Positions 54,160-63,999 of a stretch of 64,000 nucleotides of DNA are shown in pieces (the first letter of the stretch is position 1; each line of letters begins with the position of its first letter). Source of the stretch: a virus; the IMG/VR virus record IMGVR_UViG_3300025450_000013; one strand, given 5' to 3'. The notes beneath the pieces were generated by a model. The model saw nothing but the letters and a program-made list of their open reading frames with translations. It searched no databases and was not told the origin of the DNA. The translations under genes and the position numbers were made by a program.

Positions 54160-55329
54160 ATGAAAATTGGTCTTATAGGTGATCATATTACCGATATTTA
54201 TATATATGGGAAAATGACTAGGTTTTCACCGGAGTCTCCTATTCCTATCTTTGACATAGAGAGAGAAGAAAGTCGTTCTGGCGGTGCTTCCAATGTCAAT
54301 AACAATCTAATGGCCCTTGGTGCTTCTGTTGATTACCACTGTGACAAAATAAACTATTCTATCAAAAAACGATATGTCTGTGACGGCCACATAATGTTCC
54401 GTGTGGATGCCGATAAGACCAGCACCGTTGATCCATGTCTTGCCGAATTTACCGAAGAAACCAAGTATGTCATCCTTTCCGACTATGGTAAGGGTATTTT
54501 GACATATAGTTCTGAAGTTATTGATAAACTGAAGCAAGATGGTAAGATCGTCATTGTTGATCCTAAAAGGCATATCAGTCATTATGAAGGTGCTGATATT
54601 GTCAAGATGAATGAGAAAGAATATTATCAGTTCTGCCCACAGGGAAAAGGTGCTTTAAAGTATTATGATATAGGAACTTTTGTGATAACCTTGGGTGGCA
54701 AAGGTGTTAGAATTATTAATGAAAATGGTGATACAACAATTCCAGGTCTAGGATTACAAGTATCTGATGTGACAGGCGCCGGTGATGTGTTCATTGCTGC
54801 TATGACATACTACCTAGCAAAAGGTAAAGACATATATCAGGCCTGTGATATTGCGAACAAGTATGCGGCTAAGTCCGTAACCAAGTTTGGTACCTATACA
54901 ATTACCGAAGATGATAAAAGAGAGATTGAAGGTAAGATAGTATTCACCAACGGTTGCTTTGATATTCTACACCGTGGCCACATTGAATATCTACAAAAGT
55001 CTAAAAAATTAGGAACTAAGTTAATTGTAGCTTTAAACTCAGATGAATCAGTTGCTAGACTAAAAGGCACTGTCAGACCACACAATAAGCAGGAAGATCG
55101 TAAGAGAGTATTAGAGGCTCTTGATTGTGTTGATGAGGTTATTATCTTTAATGGTGACACACCATATGAAATAATTAAAGATTTGAAGCCTGACATTATA
55201 ACAAAAGGTGGTGATTATAAGACTAAAGAAGAAGTGGTCGGGCATGATCTTGCTGAGGTCGTTATATTACCTTTTGTTGATGGATATTCTACTACTAAAA
55301 CATTGGAGTATATGAATGGAGATTGTTGA
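54160..55329 (+). CDS. hldE: Bifunctional heptose-7-phosphate kinase / heptose-1-phosphate adenylyltransferase
   Basis: R.SPE.P.P, GGA.NV..N, ILSDYGKG, VDPK, DVTGAGD (PfkB), then FTNGCFDILHRGH, NSDESV..LKG..RP, KGGDY, GYSTT. Confidence 0.93.
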   Translation: MKIGLIGDHITDIYIYGKMTRFSPESPIPIFDIEREESRSGGASNVNNNLMALGASVDYHCDKINYSIKKRYVCDGHIMFRVDADKTSTVDPCLAEFTEETKYVILSDYGKGILTYSSEVIDKLKQDGKIVIVDPKRHISHYEGADIVKMNEKEYYQFCPQGKGALKYYDIGTFVITLGGKGVRIINENGDTTIPGLGLQVSDVTGAGDVFIAAMTYYLAKGKDIYQACDIANKYAAKSVTKFGTYTITEDDKREIEGKIVFTNGCFDILHRGHIEYLQKSKKLGTKLIVALNSDESVARLKGTVRPHNKQEDRKRVLEALDCVDEVIIFNGDTPYEIIKDLKPDIITKGGDYKTKEEVVGHDLAEVVILPFVDGYSTTKTLEYMNGDC

Positions 55330-55666
55330 GAAGAAATGGGGTAGAGAGATAATCTTTGCCAATAATGATAAGTATTGTGGTAAACTTCTTATACATGATA
55401 AATCCGGTTCTAAAGGTTCTATGCATTTCCATATGAAGAAACATGAGACCTTTTATGTCCAGAAAGGTATATTCAAGATACACTGGATTGAAACCAATGA
55501 TGCAAAGATACATAATACTATCCTTAGAGAAGGTGATACATGGGTCAATGAACCTGGGCAACCGCATCAGATTGAGGCTTTAGAGGACAACTCAACTATA
55601 ATCGAGGTATCTACAACACACTTTGACAATGACAGTTATAGAGTTATGCCAGGAGACGGTCAATGA
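55316..55666 (+). CDS. Cupin-fold sugar isomerase/epimerase-like protein
   Basis: KWG.E, YCGK.L, SMHFH..KHETFYV, PHQ, IEVST. Confidence 0.75.
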   Translation: MEIVEKKWGREIIFANNDKYCGKLLIHDKSGSKGSMHFHMKKHETFYVQKGIFKIHWIETNDAKIHNTILREGDTWVNEPGQPHQIEALEDNSTIIEVSTTHFDNDSYRVMPGDGQ

Positions 55667-55965
55667 AGTATATAATGGATATCGACGGAACAATCTGTAC
55701 CAATACTAATGGTGATTATGAGAAGGCAACTCCTTATCTAGACCGCATAGATTATATCAATCACCTATATGATAAAGGGCATGAGATACATTACTGGACG
55801 GCCAGAGGTGGTAACTCAAGGAGAGATTTATCAGAACTAACCAAAAAACAATTAAAAGAATGGGGATGCAAATACACCTCACTAAGATGTGATAAACCAG
55901 CATATGATTACTGGATAGATGACAAGGCATTTAATGATAGAGATTTCTTTGGAGTTAATTTATGA
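55663..55965 (+). CDS. Minimal HAD-family phosphatase
   Basis: DIDGTIC, WTARG, KP..D.WIDDKA. Confidence 0.8.
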   Translation: MKYIMDIDGTICTNTNGDYEKATPYLDRIDYINHLYDKGHEIHYWTARGGNSRRDLSELTKKQLKEWGCKYTSLRCDKPAYDYWIDDKAFNDRDFFGVNL

Positions 55966-56753
55966 TATTGATAACTGGTCATAAAGGATTTATCGGTCAA
56001 AACCTTGTTAATAGATTAAATGATAAACTCTTTTGCCTTTCTGATATTGACAGTTGCTTCAAAGACCTTTATTTAACACCTTGGGAAGATATAGAAGAAA
56101 TATGGCATATGGGTGCCATCTCTGATACTACTTGTACCGATTTAAATAAAATCCATACTTATAACATAGAATATACCATAAATCTATTTGAACTTGCTAT
56201 TCAATATAAGATACCAGTAAAGTATGCCTCGTCCGCGTCCGTGTATGGAAACACTAACTATCGTAGAGAGATTAATCCACTAAACTTCTATGCTATGTCT
56301 AAGGCTACTATTGATCGTTGGGTAATGGATAATTTATACAAGTTTGAATCTATACAAGGTTATCGTTTCTATAATGTATATGGTAAGCATGAAGACCATA
56401 AAGGTGGCCAGGCCAGTCCGATACATACATTCATCAAGCAGGCAAAAGAAACAGGAACGATTAAACTATTTGAAAACTCGGTTGCCTATATGAGAGACTT
56501 TATTTGGGTTGAAGATGTTATAAATTGTATGCTGTATGATAAACCAAGTGGTATATATGATCTAGGAACTGGAGTAGCAAGGTCGTTTGAAAGAGTGGCT
56601 GAAATCATAGCAGACAGATATAATGCCAAGTTAGAGTATGTTCCATTTCCAAAACACCTTGAAGACAAGTATCAATACTTCACTTGTTCATTAAATCACT
56701 TTGATCATACATTCACATCAATAGAGGAATATGTTAATGAAAGAGGAGTATAA
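55962..56753 (+). CDS. hldD: ADP-L-glycero-D-manno-heptose 6-epimerase-like SDR
   Basis: ILITG..GFIG.N, H.GAIS.TT, YASSASVYG, PLN.YA.SK, R.YNVYG..E.HKG..AS, RDFI.V.DV, KYQ.FT. Confidence 0.9.
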   Translation: MILITGHKGFIGQNLVNRLNDKLFCLSDIDSCFKDLYLTPWEDIEEIWHMGAISDTTCTDLNKIHTYNIEYTINLFELAIQYKIPVKYASSASVYGNTNYRREINPLNFYAMSKATIDRWVMDNLYKFESIQGYRFYNVYGKHEDHKGGQASPIHTFIKQAKETGTIKLFENSVAYMRDFIWVEDVINCMLYDKPSGIYDLGTGVARSFERVAEIIADRYNAKLEYVPFPKHLEDKYQYFTCSLNHFDHTFTSIEEYVNERGV

Positions 56754-57348
56754 AGAGATTGCACCTGGCTGGTTATGGCAGTCTAATGTCACTAGTGATC
56801 TTATGAAATATGATGAGAACTATGTAAAACCATACACTAAGTATGATGATACTCTCTCATATATTAGACTCAACTTTTGTCAAAAGTATGCCAAGTTTTA
56901 TTCGGTTCTTGATGTTGGATATGGCGACGGTAACTTTCTCAAAGTATGTAATCGTGAAGGATACAAATGTTTTGGTAATGATATATCAGGATATTCTTTA
57001 TCAGACGGAATAACTTTTACTGAAAATAGAAATATACCTGTTGACCTTGTTACGTTCTTTGATTGTATTGAACACTTTCCACAAGAAAATGTTGAAGAGG
57101 TATTAAAAGAACTAAATTGTAAGTATATCTGCATTTCGATTCCTTGGTGTCATTTTGATAATTTTGAAATATGGAAACACCGCAAGCCTAATGAACATTT
57201 CCATCATTTTGGTGTTAGAGGTGTTACTGAGTTATTGAATAGAGGTGGGTTTGATTTGATTGTTTCTGCTTCAATTGAAGATCAAGTTAGGTCAAACAAA
57301 GGCGGAATACCAAATATTTTAACTGTTATTGGAAAGAAAAGATGTTAA
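56731..57348 (+). CDS. Class I SAM-dependent methyltransferase
   Basis: VLDVGYGDG.F, DLVTFFD.IEH, EH.HHF. Confidence 0.8.
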   Translation: MLMKEEYKEIAPGWLWQSNVTSDLMKYDENYVKPYTKYDDTLSYIRLNFCQKYAKFYSVLDVGYGDGNFLKVCNREGYKCFGNDISGYSLSDGITFTENRNIPVDLVTFFDCIEHFPQENVEEVLKELNCKYICISIPWCHFDNFEIWKHRKPNEHFHHFGVRGVTELLNRGGFDLIVSASIEDQVRSNKGGIPNILTVIGKKRC

Positions 57349-58022
57349 ATTTATATTATTCGCATAGGACAGATGTTGAAAAAGCATACATTATTACAAT
57401 AAAGGGTAATAATATGTCCGAAAAATATTCAAAAAGATGTCAAGAATCGTGTAAAAATGTTGGTATGCAATATCAAGTATGGGACGCATTTGATGGAACT
57501 GGTGATGAAATAATAATACCAGAACACTCTAAGAATAATCCCATTTTTAAAATGGTGAAAATACAAGATCATCATATGACAAAAAGTGAACTTAGTTGTT
57601 TTCTTAGTCATTTAAGTTTATGGGCTAGATGTGTCGAGATAGACCAACCAATAGTTATACTTGAACATGATGCTATAATGGTAAAAAAGTTTGAAAATAA
57701 AACTAGTTATAATTCTATTGTATATCTTGGTTGTGAAATATGGGCAAAAAAAGGATCTAATATAGAAGATATTCCAATATATGGATCTGGTGGAATGAAT
57801 AATCTTTATATATATAAAGGACATGCATATTGTATAGATCCACAAGTTGCTAAGAATATGTTATCAGATGTTTTTAAGCGTGGTATATGGACAATTGCAG
57901 ATAGATTTATGAAAGCAGATTTATATAACATAACTCATCAAGGATTATATGCTTTTGAAAATAAATTTAACGATGAAGATTCTACTATAGTTCCAAGAGA
58001 GAAAGATGAATATACATGTTAG
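57342..58022 (+). CDS. GT25-family glycosyltransferase-like protein
   Basis: AFDG, E.SCFLSH..LW..C, IVILEHDA, HAY.I.P..A. Confidence 0.8.
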   Translation: MLNLYYSHRTDVEKAYIITIKGNNMSEKYSKRCQESCKNVGMQYQVWDAFDGTGDEIIIPEHSKNNPIFKMVKIQDHHMTKSELSCFLSHLSLWARCVEIDQPIVILEHDAIMVKKFENKTSYNSIVYLGCEIWAKKGSNIEDIPIYGSGGMNNLYIYKGHAYCIDPQVAKNMLSDVFKRGIWTIADRFMKADLYNITHQGLYAFENKFNDEDSTIVPREKDEYTC

Positions 58023-58852
58023 ATGAAAATATGCAAAATTATTTAAGTCATATGTTTGACATGGTTAGTGATTTAAGAGACTTAAAGTTATATGAAAGAA
58101 CCAATACATCTAAGAATCCTTTAAATCATTATGGTCGTAGGGCTTTCAGTCAGTCAGACGAAGATGGTATTACACAAGAGATTATGAAACGTATAGGAGT
58201 TGATAATGGAGTTTTTGCTGAATTTGGAGTAGGATCAGGTTTAGAATGTAATACATTATTGTTAGCTGGATTAGGTTGGTCAGGGTTTTGGGTTGACGCT
58301 GGAAACATATTACCTAAAATTGAACAATCTGCAAATCCAAAATTTTCATTTTTTAAACGTCATATAACATTAAATAACGTATTAGAAACATACTTACAGT
58401 GTTTGAAATATATTAATAAAGAAGAAACAGATTTTATTTCTTTTGATTTTGAAGGTAATGATTATTATTTAATTGAGAGATTATTGCAATCTGGAGTATC
58501 TCCTAAAGTATTCGTAGTTGAATATAACGCTAAATTTATACCACCCATTGAATGGAAAGTTAAATATCATGAAAATCTAATATGGGAATATGATGATTAT
58601 TTTGGTGCTTCTCTTATGTCATATGTTAAATTGTTTGAAAAACATAATTATTTTCTTGCATGTTGTAATAGTTTTACAGGAGCAAATGCTTTCTTTATTA
58701 AAAACAAATATAAAGAATTTTTTAGTGATATTCCAAAATCAATCAATGATATTTGGGTTGAGCCTAGATATTATATTACTAAAAAGTATGGTCATAAGAG
58801 TTCTGTTAGGACTGTAGAATTGTTGCTTAATAATTTAAACTCTTGTCAATAA
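58016..58852 (+). CDS. FkbM-related methyltransferase-like protein
   Basis: FSQSDEDGI, EFGVG.G.ECNT, ISFDFEGNDYY, VVEYN, GASL, GANAFF. Confidence 0.7.
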   Translation: MLDENMQNYLSHMFDMVSDLRDLKLYERTNTSKNPLNHYGRRAFSQSDEDGITQEIMKRIGVDNGVFAEFGVGSGLECNTLLLAGLGWSGFWVDAGNILPKIEQSANPKFSFFKRHITLNNVLETYLQCLKYINKEETDFISFDFEGNDYYLIERLLQSGVSPKVFVVEYNAKFIPPIEWKVKYHENLIWEYDDYFGASLMSYVKLFEKHNYFLACCNSFTGANAFFIKNKYKEFFSDIPKSINDIWVEPRYYITKKYGHKSSVRTVELLLNNLNSCQ

Positions 58853-60053
58853 CAGATATCCAATCACCCATCTTCTGTTGACGCCAAACAGTAACATCAG
58901 GAAACCAATCTGATTTACCTCCGTTTTCGGCAGCACACCAAGTAAAATAACCAACCACAATATCATAAAGATATGTTTTAATACCTAATGCGCCAGCAGC
59001 GACCGAAACGCTTGAACTACTGGTATAACACATTTTACACAAGCTAAGAATAGCAAGCGTATCATCCCAATCTTTTATATCTTTTGTTAAATCAATTACG
59101 CCTTCTGGACATGTTTCTGCTCCCATACAAACAGAAATTAGTGTTCCTTGGTGCTTAATCTTATCAATAAGGTATTCAATTGGTATTGTTCTCAGATCAT
59201 TTTCTGAGTGTTCTTTATCACCCGTCCAATTTAAAGCAATTAAATTGTCATACATTTTAAGTTTTTGTTTCCACTTTGCTAGATAAACTGGATTAGGTTC
59301 TAAATATTTTTCATTACCAGGTTTTTCTACTTTCAAATTAAATGGTAAACTCATAGAAGGTACCCAATAATCATATTTGATTGTTGGATCTACTGGAAAA
59401 ACTTTAAAGTTTCTTGATATAACATTCTTTAAACTATTATCAGTGTAGTAATATACAAAAGCACCCATGTCTTTTAACATAGGAATCCATCTACTGAATA
59501 TCATTTCGTCGCCAAGCCCAGCTTCTCCTATGACGCATATTTTAGATCCTTTAATATTTTGATAACCAAACCATCTATCTACATTTGGAGGAGGAAGTTT
59601 TTCATTAGTCCAAAACGCACCATTTCTTCCAATCTCCGTTTCAATAAACGCTTCTTTAAATTTACCCTTTCTGTGTAAAAACCATCCTATATCTAAGTGT
59701 TTATCCTCACATTCTATTTGATTGTTTTTGATATACTCGTAACCTTCGTCATATCTACCAAGTCTAGTTAGATATTGAGCGTATTGCCTTATATCCGTTT
59801 TATCTTTAGATTTAGTTATATCCATGTATTCTTGAAATAGTTCTAAAGATTTGTCAATTTCACAAAGATTGTAATGACAAATTGCTGAATTTTTAAGAAC
59901 ATCAGGATGTCTATATTCTAATAAATCTAATGTTAGTAGATTCTGATTAATAGACTCCCGAAACATTTTTTTATTATAATATTCTATTGATAATGATTCG
60001 GAAGCCTCAACAGATTTATTTATTTGAAAAGTATTCATCAATCGCTCTATCAA
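58827..60053 (-). CDS. TPR-containing GT-B (GT9-like) glycosyltransferase
   Basis: N-terminal helical repeats; EAGLGDE.IFSRW, DYWVP.MSLP, W.G, R.IP, DWDDT.A, S..SV...AGALG. Confidence 0.75.
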   Translation of the reverse strand: MIERLMNTFQINKSVEASESLSIEYYNKKMFRESINQNLLTLDLLEYRHPDVLKNSAICHYNLCEIDKSLELFQEYMDITKSKDKTDIRQYAQYLTRLGRYDEGYEYIKNNQIECEDKHLDIGWFLHRKGKFKEAFIETEIGRNGAFWTNEKLPPPNVDRWFGYQNIKGSKICVIGEAGLGDEMIFSRWIPMLKDMGAFVYYYTDNSLKNVISRNFKVFPVDPTIKYDYWVPSMSLPFNLKVEKPGNEKYLEPNPVYLAKWKQKLKMYDNLIALNWTGDKEHSENDLRTIPIEYLIDKIKHQGTLISVCMGAETCPEGVIDLTKDIKDWDDTLAILSLCKMCYTSSSSVSVAAGALGIKTYLYDIVVGYFTWCAAENGGKSDWFPDVTVWRQQKMGDWISVIDKSLNY

Positions 60054-61734
60054 TATCTACTTGACTATATCTCGGCGGTTTGTGAACCTGAACCAATATT
60101 TTAGTCAAAGCAGCAACATTATTATAATTATTAAGAGAGAAAGAAACATCCTCTTGTGTAGCTTTGTTTTTTTCAAACATTTCTAACCAATTCGTATTGT
60201 AGATATATTCAACTAAACAAACCTCTATATCTATATTATTTTGAAGACATAGAATTGCTTCTGAAGGAGCTTTAGAGAATTTATCCATACAAAATTTCAT
60301 ATCAAACATTTTAAATGTGTCTGGATGAATTAATCTTTTATGTGTCGGATCAATCAAAGCCAAATCACTACGATGATGTGGAACTTGAATTTCCCAAATT
60401 GCACCATGTTTACTGATTCTATACATTTCCTTAATGACATTAACTGTATCATCAAGATGTTCAATTATATCTTTAGCGACAATGTGATCGTATTCACCAT
60501 CAGGAATGTCCCAATTTTTAGAATTGAGATCCACAATTCTATCTGGTCTTACTATTGGAGAATAATCAACATTATCATAACCTTTCACTTTATCAAAACC
60601 ACAACCAAGGTTTATCTTTTTACATTCTTTATCACAGCTTGGTAGGTCGATGTGTTTTAAATTAAACTCATTTTCAAGATCTTGATACATTTCCTGAAAC
60701 ACATCATTCCATTTTGTTGGATTAGTTTGCCTATAAACCCTAACAGATTTATAAAATGGTGAAGTTTTTGATTCTGGAGCACCAAGAGTCCATGTGTGAT
60801 AAGGGAGCGTTGGTGTGAATACCCAAGTCTCTTTACCAAGAGCAGCTGCCGCATGAGCGATACTTGTGCAAGAGGTTATAATAAGATCCAATTGTGATAA
60901 TGCAGAAAGAGTGTCTTCCCATGAAATTAATAGATATTGAAGATCAGTTATATTTTCAGGAAGAATTTGTAGATTATGATCTCTCTGTAGGCTATAGATA
61001 TCCAAATCTTCATGTTTAGCAAGGTTTATCATAAACTCTGGAGGAAATCTACGAAACTGTTGATGTTCAAATTTTGGATTACCAGACCATCTAATTCCAA
61101 CTTTTTTCTTTCCATTATTTTTAATAATGGAAGACCAAACTTCATAAGAAGAAGGTATCGGAGATAGATATGGTTCATTTGGTAAATTATCATATGTATG
61201 ACCTAAAACCCAACCAGCACTGAAACCCGGAATCCAGTAATCATGTTGGACCGTATGTGATTGGTCTCTCTGAATAACACCATCTACGCCAGGAACTCTT
61301 GTGAAAATTGAAGCAATTTCAGGAGCAGCTGCTAAATAAACCTTATTGGCTCCTAATTTTTTTGCAGTTTGTGCAAAACGAGAATGAATAATTTCATCGC
61401 CATAACCACCTTCAAGAGAGATGATAATAGATTTTCCTTTAATATCATGTTCTTCTGGATTGTATATTGGTGCAGAAGTTTGTAGATGACCACTACCGTA
61501 GACGTTAATGAATCTACCAGATTCTAAAAGTTGAGAACCTTCACGATAATTTCCTTGCTGTAAAAGAAACCAACCTCTGTTGAAATTATGTCTAAGCCAC
61601 ATCTCAGGATTTTTATTTCCTTGCGGGTCAAGAATATTATCTTTACCCAAAGCCTGTAATTTTTCAGATATTTTCCAACCTTCTTCAAACTCACCCTTTA
61701 ACATATGCTCAAGTTGCAAATCAATATCATGCAT
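60016..61734 (-). CDS. TPR/GT9-like glycosyltransferase fused to a C-terminal methyltransferase
   Basis: EGGYGDEI...RF, VGIRWSGNP, YSLQ, WEDT...L..LDL.ITSCTSIAH.AAALGK; then INLGCG, IIEHL, DPTH; late promoter TATAAATA at 61773-61780. Confidence 0.8.
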   Translation of the reverse strand: MHDIDLQLEHMLKGEFEEGWKISEKLQALGKDNILDPQGNKNPEMWLRHNFNRGWFLLQQGNYREGSQLLESGRFINVYGSGHLQTSAPIYNPEEHDIKGKSIIISLEGGYGDEIIHSRFAQTAKKLGANKVYLAAAPEIASIFTRVPGVDGVIQRDQSHTVQHDYWIPGFSAGWVLGHTYDNLPNEPYLSPIPSSYEVWSSIIKNNGKKKVGIRWSGNPKFEHQQFRRFPPEFMINLAKHEDLDIYSLQRDHNLQILPENITDLQYLLISWEDTLSALSQLDLIITSCTSIAHAAAALGKETWVFTPTLPYHTWTLGAPESKTSPFYKSVRVYRQTNPTKWNDVFQEMYQDLENEFNLKHIDLPSCDKECKKINLGCGFDKVKGYDNVDYSPIVRPDRIVDLNSKNWDIPDGEYDHIVAKDIIEHLDDTVNVIKEMYRISKHGAIWEIQVPHHRSDLALIDPTHKRLIHPDTFKMFDMKFCMDKFSKAPSEAILCLQNNIDIEVCLVEYIYNTNWLEMFEKNKATQEDVSFSLNNYNNVAALTKILVQVHKPPRYSQVDIDRAIDEYFSNK

Positions 61735-61788
61735 AAATATTTACTCCTTCATAATTATCATTTAATGTAATATATTTATAAAATATAT

Positions 61789-63999
61789 TTATCTTGTCAA
61801 TCCAACTGCTGTAAAACTGAAACTAGCGGATACAGCCGCCCAACTACTGCTTCCCAATTGCGTAGGAGAAAAGACGTTTCCTGAAATAGTTCCATTACCT
61901 AATTCTCCATAACCAGAACTATTATAACCCCATACAAATAAAGCACTGTCGGATCTTATACCATAGCTAGAATATTGACTAGCATAAACAGCTGTCCAAC
62001 TACTATTTCCTATTTTTGTAGGTGATGTTATGGTACTTCCTCTTGCTGGATTTCCAGTGTAAGCTGCTCCACCAGTATATAGTGCGCCATTGTTACCAAT
62101 TGCGGCAGCAGTTGAACCACCGTTGCAGTTTGGTATAAAGCTAAACCCTGTACCAATTTGTGTTGGAGAACTGAGAATAAAAGTTGATGTATCGGTTCCT
62201 CCCAAATAATTAGATCCACTAGATGCATTAAGACCAGTACCAAATAAAACACCATCTATTCTTAACATCCAACTAGAATAATCTCCACTACTGCCGTTTT
62301 GGATACAAACAGCAGTCCACGAACTTGTTCCAATTTGAACAGGTGATGAATAGGAGGTGAGATTACCAGTACCTAAATATCCATATCCCCAGTAAGCTTG
62401 ATATCCCCATCCCCATAATGTACCATCTAATTTAATTCCTAAAGAACCGAAGCCACCACAAGAAACAGCTTTCCATGAACTTGTTCCAATTTGAACAGGT
62501 GATGAATATGTAGTAGCATTGTTGGTTCCTAGAGTGTTATAAAAATTATAACCCCATCCCCATAATGTCCCGTCTGCTCTAATTGCAAGCGCACAACTAC
62601 TTCCAACAGACACTAATGTCCAAGAACTAGTTCCAACCTGAACAGGTGATGAATAAAATGCAGTTGCAGTATTAACACCCAATGCTCCAGATGCATTGTA
62701 ACCCCATGAAAATAGGCTTCCTCCGCTTCTAATTCCTGCGGATTGATTAACACCTGTGGATATTGAAGTCCAACTACTAGTACCTACTTGGACAGGAGAA
62801 GATACATATGTATATTGTGCTATATTCTGACCAAGTTCTCCACCTGCATTGTAACCCCAAGACCATAAAGTATTATCCGCTCTTATTGCTAAAACATGAC
62901 AATAACCAACGGATACTGATTTCCAACTACTAGTACCTACTTGAACAGGAGAATAATATGATAAATTGTTATTCTGTCCTAATTGCCCGTATGCTCCGTT
63001 ACCCCATCCAAACAAAGCACCATCGTTTCTGATAGCAAAATTTGCATATAGTCCTAAACTAATTGCTGACCAACTGTTAGTTCCAAGTTGAGCCAAAGAT
63101 CCAGTAACATCAGTTGCTAGAGCACCATAAGTACTTGTACCCCATGCCCATAAAGAACCATCAGTAGTTACGCCAAGCACATGCGCATGGCCTAATGACA
63201 CAGCATTCCATGAACTTGTTCCAATCTGGACTGGAGATGAAGTTGCTGTAGTGTTTCCATTACCAAGTTGATAAAAAACATTATATCCCCATGCCCATAA
63301 TGTCCCATCTGCTCTAATTGCTACTGTTGTTCCGCTAACATTATTACCATTTAATCCTAAAACTTTCCAACTATTTGTTCCTACTTGAACTGGAGTTTGA
63401 ACTACTAAAGTACTGTTTAATCCTAGCGAACCGTTTGTGTTGGATCCCCACATAAAAAGACCACCATCTGATCTAATTGCACCAACATGAGAAGCACCAG
63501 CCGCAACAGAAGTCCAACTACTTTTTGATATTTGGTATGGAGCGTCCGAAAATGCCTGTCCTGATATAAGAGTAGTATAACCCCAAGACCATAAAGTATT
63601 ATCCGAACTTATTGCTAAAGCTGTGCTATGTCCTATAGAAACAGCTTTCCATGAACTTGTTCCAATCTGGACTGGAGAGTTTATTGTAGTAGGTATAATT
63701 CTTCCAACTGTAATCGTATTACCACCATAACCACCCCAAGTATAAAGAGCTCCTAAAGAATCAATAACTCCACCACCACAAAAATTATCAGTATTACCTG
63801 AACCACCTCCAGTTGGAAGCACAGACCAGCTGGAGGTTCCTATTTGTACTGGAGAAGATATAGAAAAAATACCAGCACCACCGCCTACCGCTGAGTTGAT
63901 AGCGCAAGTTTGAAACAACAATCCATCAGTTCTTAGAAGTAAACTAGAATAACCACCAAGAACTGATACAGCTTTCCACGAACTTGTTCCGATTTGAAC
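61789..63999 (-). CDS. RCC1-repeat beta-propeller protein, Ser/Thr-rich; 5' end outside the window
   Basis: Roughly 50-aa repeats SSPVQ(I/V)GTSSW..VS.G..H...IR.DG.LW.WG.N..G.LG; the frame stays open to the window edge (VQIGTSSWKAVSVLGG). Confidence 0.88.
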   Translation of the reverse strand, partial: VQIGTSSWKAVSVLGGYSSLLLRTDGLLFQTCAINSAVGGGAGIFSISSPVQIGTSSWSVLPTGGGSGNTDNFCGGGVIDSLGALYTWGGYGGNTITVGRIIPTTINSPVQIGTSSWKAVSIGHSTALAISSDNTLWSWGYTTLISGQAFSDAPYQISKSSWTSVAAGASHVGAIRSDGGLFMWGSNTNGSLGLNSTLVVQTPVQVGTNSWKVLGLNGNNVSGTTVAIRADGTLWAWGYNVFYQLGNGNTTATSSPVQIGTSSWNAVSLGHAHVLGVTTDGSLWAWGTSTYGALATDVTGSLAQLGTNSWSAISLGLYANFAIRNDGALFGWGNGAYGQLGQNNNLSYYSPVQVGTSSWKSVSVGYCHVLAIRADNTLWSWGYNAGGELGQNIAQYTYVSSPVQVGTSSWTSISTGVNQSAGIRSGGSLFSWGYNASGALGVNTATAFYSSPVQVGTSSWTLVSVGSSCALAIRADGTLWGWGYNFYNTLGTNNATTYSSPVQIGTSSWKAVSCGGFGSLGIKLDGTLWGWGYQAYWGYGYLGTGNLTSYSSPVQIGTSSWTAVCIQNGSSGDYSSWMLRIDGVLFGTGLNASSGSNYLGGTDTSTFILSSPTQIGTGFSFIPNCNGGSTAAAIGNNGALYTGGAAYTGNPARGSTITSPTKIGNSSWTAVYASQYSSYGIRSDSALFVWGYNSSGYGELGNGTISGNVFSPTQLGSSSWAAVSASFSFTAVGLTR

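Noticed and set aside
360-60645. Short opposite-strand and nested ORFs throughout the track
   Set aside because: They lie within well-supported genes and show no motifs or ribosome-binding sites that I could see
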